From: Balanoglossus misakiensis | Taxonomy: Eukaryota; Animalia; Hemichordata | Assembly: GCA_040954595.2 (NCBI GenBank) | Contig: CM082589.2 | Location: 12,359,754-12,423,753 of the forward strand | Length of the DNA stretch: 64,000 nucleotides | Reading direction: 5' to 3' | Shown: positions 61,246 to 64,000 of the stretch, in pieces | Numbering within the stretch: the stretch's first letter is position 1 | Layout: each line of letters begins with the position of its first letter | Position numbers and translations under genes: made by a program | Notes under the pieces: model-generated | Told to the model about the DNA's origin: nothing | What the model saw: the letters and a program-made list of their open reading frames with translations, nothing else | Databases searched by the model: none

Positions 61246-63990
61246 TTAGGGTTAGGGTTAGGGTTAGGGTTAGGGTTAGGGTTAGGGTTAGGGTTAGGGT
61301 TAGGGTTAGGGGTTAGGGGTTAGGGGTTAGGGTTAGGGTTAGGGTTAGGGTTAGGGTTAGGGTTAGGGTTAGGGTTAGGGTTAGGGTTAGGGTTAGGGTT
61401 AGGGTTAGGGGTTAGGGTTAGGGGTTAGGGTTAGGGTTAGGGTTAGGGTTAGGGTTAGGGTTAGGGTTAGGGTTAGGGTTAGGGTTAGGGTTAGGGTTAG
61501 GGTTAGGGTTAGGGTTAGGGTTAGGGTTAGGGTTAGGGTTAGGGTTAGGGTTAGGGTTAGGGTTAGGGTTAGGGTTAGGGTTAGGGTTAGGGTTAGGGTT
61601 AGGGTTAGGGTTAGGGTTAGGGTTAGGGTTAGGGTTAGGGTTAGGGTTAGGGTTAGGGTTAGGGTTAGGGTTAGGGTTAGGGTTAGGGTTAGGGTTAGGG
61701 TTAGGGTTAGGGTTAGGGTTAGGGTTAGGGTTAGGGTTAGGGTTAGGGTTAGGGTTAGGGTTAGGGTTAGGGTTAGGGTTAGGGTTAGGGTTAGGGTTAG
61801 GGTTAGGGTTAGGGTTAGGGTTAGGGTTAGGGTTAGGGTTAGGGTTAGGGTTAGGGTTAGGGTTAGGGTTAGGGTTAGGGTTAGGGTTAGGGTTAGGGTT
61901 AGGGTTAGGGTTAGGGTTAGGGTTAGGGTTAGGGTTAGGGTTAGGGTTAGGGTTAGGGTTAGGGTTAGGGTTAGGGTTAGGGTTAGGGTTAGGGTTAGGG
62001 TTAGGGTTAGGGTTAGGGTTAGGGTTAGGGTTAGGGTTAGGGTTAGGGTTAGGGTTAGGGTTAGGGTTAGGGTTAGGGTTAGGGTTAGGGTTAGGGTTAG
62101 GGTTAGGGTTAGGGTTAGGGTTAGGGTTAGGGTTAGGGTTAGGGTTAGGGTTAGGGTTAGGGTTAGGGGGTAGGGTGAGGGTTAGGTTAGGGTTTAGGTT
62201 GGGTAGGGTTGGTTAGGGATGGGTTAGGGTAGGGTTATGGGTTAGGGTTGGGTGGGTTAGGGTTGGGTTGGTTGGGTTGGGGTAGGGTGGTAGGGGTTGG
62301 GTTAGGGTTGGGTGGTTGGGGTTGGGGGTTAGGGTGGGGTTTGGGGGGTTGGGGTTCGGGTTTAGGGTTAGGGTTAGGGTTAGGGTTAGGGTTAGGGTTA
62401 GGGTTAGGGTTAGGGTTAGGGTTAGGGTTAGGGTTAGGGTTAGGGTTAGGGTTAGGGTTAGGGTTAGGGTTAGGGTTAGGGTTAGGGTTAGGGTTAGGGT
62501 TAGGGTTAGGGTTAGGGTTAGGGTTAGGGTTAGGGTTAGGGTTAGGGTTAGGGTTAGGTTGGGTTAGGGTTAGGGTTAGGTTAGGTTAGGGTTAGGTTAG
62601 GGTTAGGGTTAGGGTTAGGGTTAGGGTAGGGTACGGGTTAGGGTTAGGGTTAGGGTTAGGGTTCGGGGTCTGGGTTAGGGTTAGGGTAGGTTAGGGTTCG
62701 GTTAGGGTTAGGGAACGGGGTAACGGGTTAGGGTAGGTTCTGGTTTCGGGTACGGGGTTAGGGTTAGGGTTAGGGTTAGGGTTAGGGTTAGGGTTAGGGT
62801 TAGGGTTAGGGTTAGGGTTAGGGTTAGGGTTAGGGTTAGGGTTAGGGTTAGGGTTAGGGTTAGGGTTAGGGTTAGGGTTAGGGTTAGGGTTAGGGTTAGG
62901 GTTAGGGTTAGGGTTAGGGTTAGGGTTAGGGTTAGGGTTAGGGTTAGGGGTTGGGTTAGGGTTAGGGTTAGGGTTAGGGTTAGGGTTAGGGTTAGGGTTA
63001 GGGTTAGGGTTAGGGTTAGGGTTAGGGTTAGGGGTTAGGGGTAGGGTTAGGGTTAGGGTTAGGGTTAGGGTTAGGGTAGGGTTAGGGTTAGGGTTAGGGT
63101 TAGGTTGGGTTAGGGTAAGGGTTAGGGTGTTGGGTAAGGGTTAGGGTTAGGGTTAGGTTGGTTAGGGTTAGGGTTAGGGTTAGGGTTAGGGTTAGGGTTA
63201 GGGTTAGGGTTAGGGTTAGGGTTAGGGTTAGGGTTAGGGTTAGGGTTAGGGTTAGGGTTAGGGTTAGGGTTAGGGTTAGGGTTAGGGTTAGGGTTAGGGT
63301 TAGGGTTAGGGTTAGGGTTAGGGTTAGGGTTAGGGTTAGGGTTAGGGTTAGGGTTAGGGTTAGGGTAGGGTTAGGGTTAGGGAGAGGTTAGGGTTAGGGT
63401 TAGGGTTAGGGTTAGGGTTAGGGTTAGGGTTAGGGTTAGGGTTAGGGTTAGGGTTAGGGTTAGGGTTAGGGTTAGGGTTAGGGTTAGGGTTAGGGTTAGG
63501 GTTAGGGTTAGGGTAGGGTTAGGGTTAGGGTTAGGGTTAGGGTTAGGGTTAGGGTTAGGGTTAGGGTTAGGGGTTAGGGTTAGGGTTAGGGTTAGGGTTA
63601 GGGTAGGGTTAGGGTTAGGGTTCGGGTTAGGGTTAGGGTTAGGGTTAGGGTTAGGGTTAGGTTATAGGTTAGTTAGGGTTAGGGTTAGGGTTAGGGTTAG
63701 GGTTAGGAGTTAGGTTAGGGTTAGGGTTAGGGTTAGGGTTAGGGTTAGGGTTAGGGTTAGGGTTAGGGTTAGGGTTAGGGTTAGGGTTAGTGTTAGGTGG
63801 TTAGGGTTAGGGTTAGGTTAGGGTTAGGGTTAGGTTATTTTAGGGTTAGGGTAGGGTTAGGGTTAGGGTTAGGGTTAGGGTTAGGGTTAGGGTTAGGGGT
63901 AGGGTTATTAGGGTTAGGGTTAGGGTAGGGTGAGGGGGTAGGGGGTAGGGGTAGGGTTACAGTAGTTAAGGGTTAAGGGTTAGGGTAAGT
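61246..63990 (+). repeat. Telomeric repeat (TTAGGG)n, chromosome end
   Basis: About 2.75 kb of TTAGGG with the G strand running 5'->3' to the window end; scattered TTAGGGG variants and degenerate patches (~62165-62360, ~62625-62755, >63830). Confidence 0.98.
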
Positions 63991-64000
63991 TAGCCTCTCA

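Noticed and set aside
62248-63391. Poly-(VR) and poly-(GL) ORFs
   Set aside because: Translations of TTAGGG; nothing here indicates expression.

Overview
Eukaryotic (metazoan, TTAGGG) chromosome end, probably from a marine invertebrate; the taxon is a low-confidence impression. No intact protein-coding gene is visible. From proximal to distal: (i) 1-4.9 kb, non-autonomous DNA elements and an L2/CR1-group LINE 3' end; (ii) two direct copies (~3.6-14.4 kb and ~20.6-32.8 kb) of a dead multi-exon gene for an extracellular Cys-rich protein, with GCC2/GCC3-like (ephrin-receptor-like) repeats followed by one-exon-per-module EGF-like repeats that have an unusual 8-Cys pattern; between the copies lie more EGF exons, a truncated Gypsy-type LTR element and a captured piece of subtelomeric repeat; (iii) a mirror-ordered subtelomere: telomere-like heptamer satellite A (33.2-43.1 kb, G-rich on +), C/A-rich ~570 bp repeat B (43.5-47.6 kb), AT-rich repeat C with five strand switches (47.6-56.7 kb), inverted B' (56.7-57.6 kb), inverted A' (57.6-61.2 kb); (iv) ~2.75 kb of (TTAGGG)n starting abruptly at 61246. 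The most notable items are the satellite built from RGKTCA nuclear-receptor-type half-sites in DR1 spacing mixed with GGGTTA, the inverted subtelomere capped by telomere on the 'wrong-strand' satellite, and the 8-Cys EGF module. All coordinates were read by eye; no alignments or searches were run.
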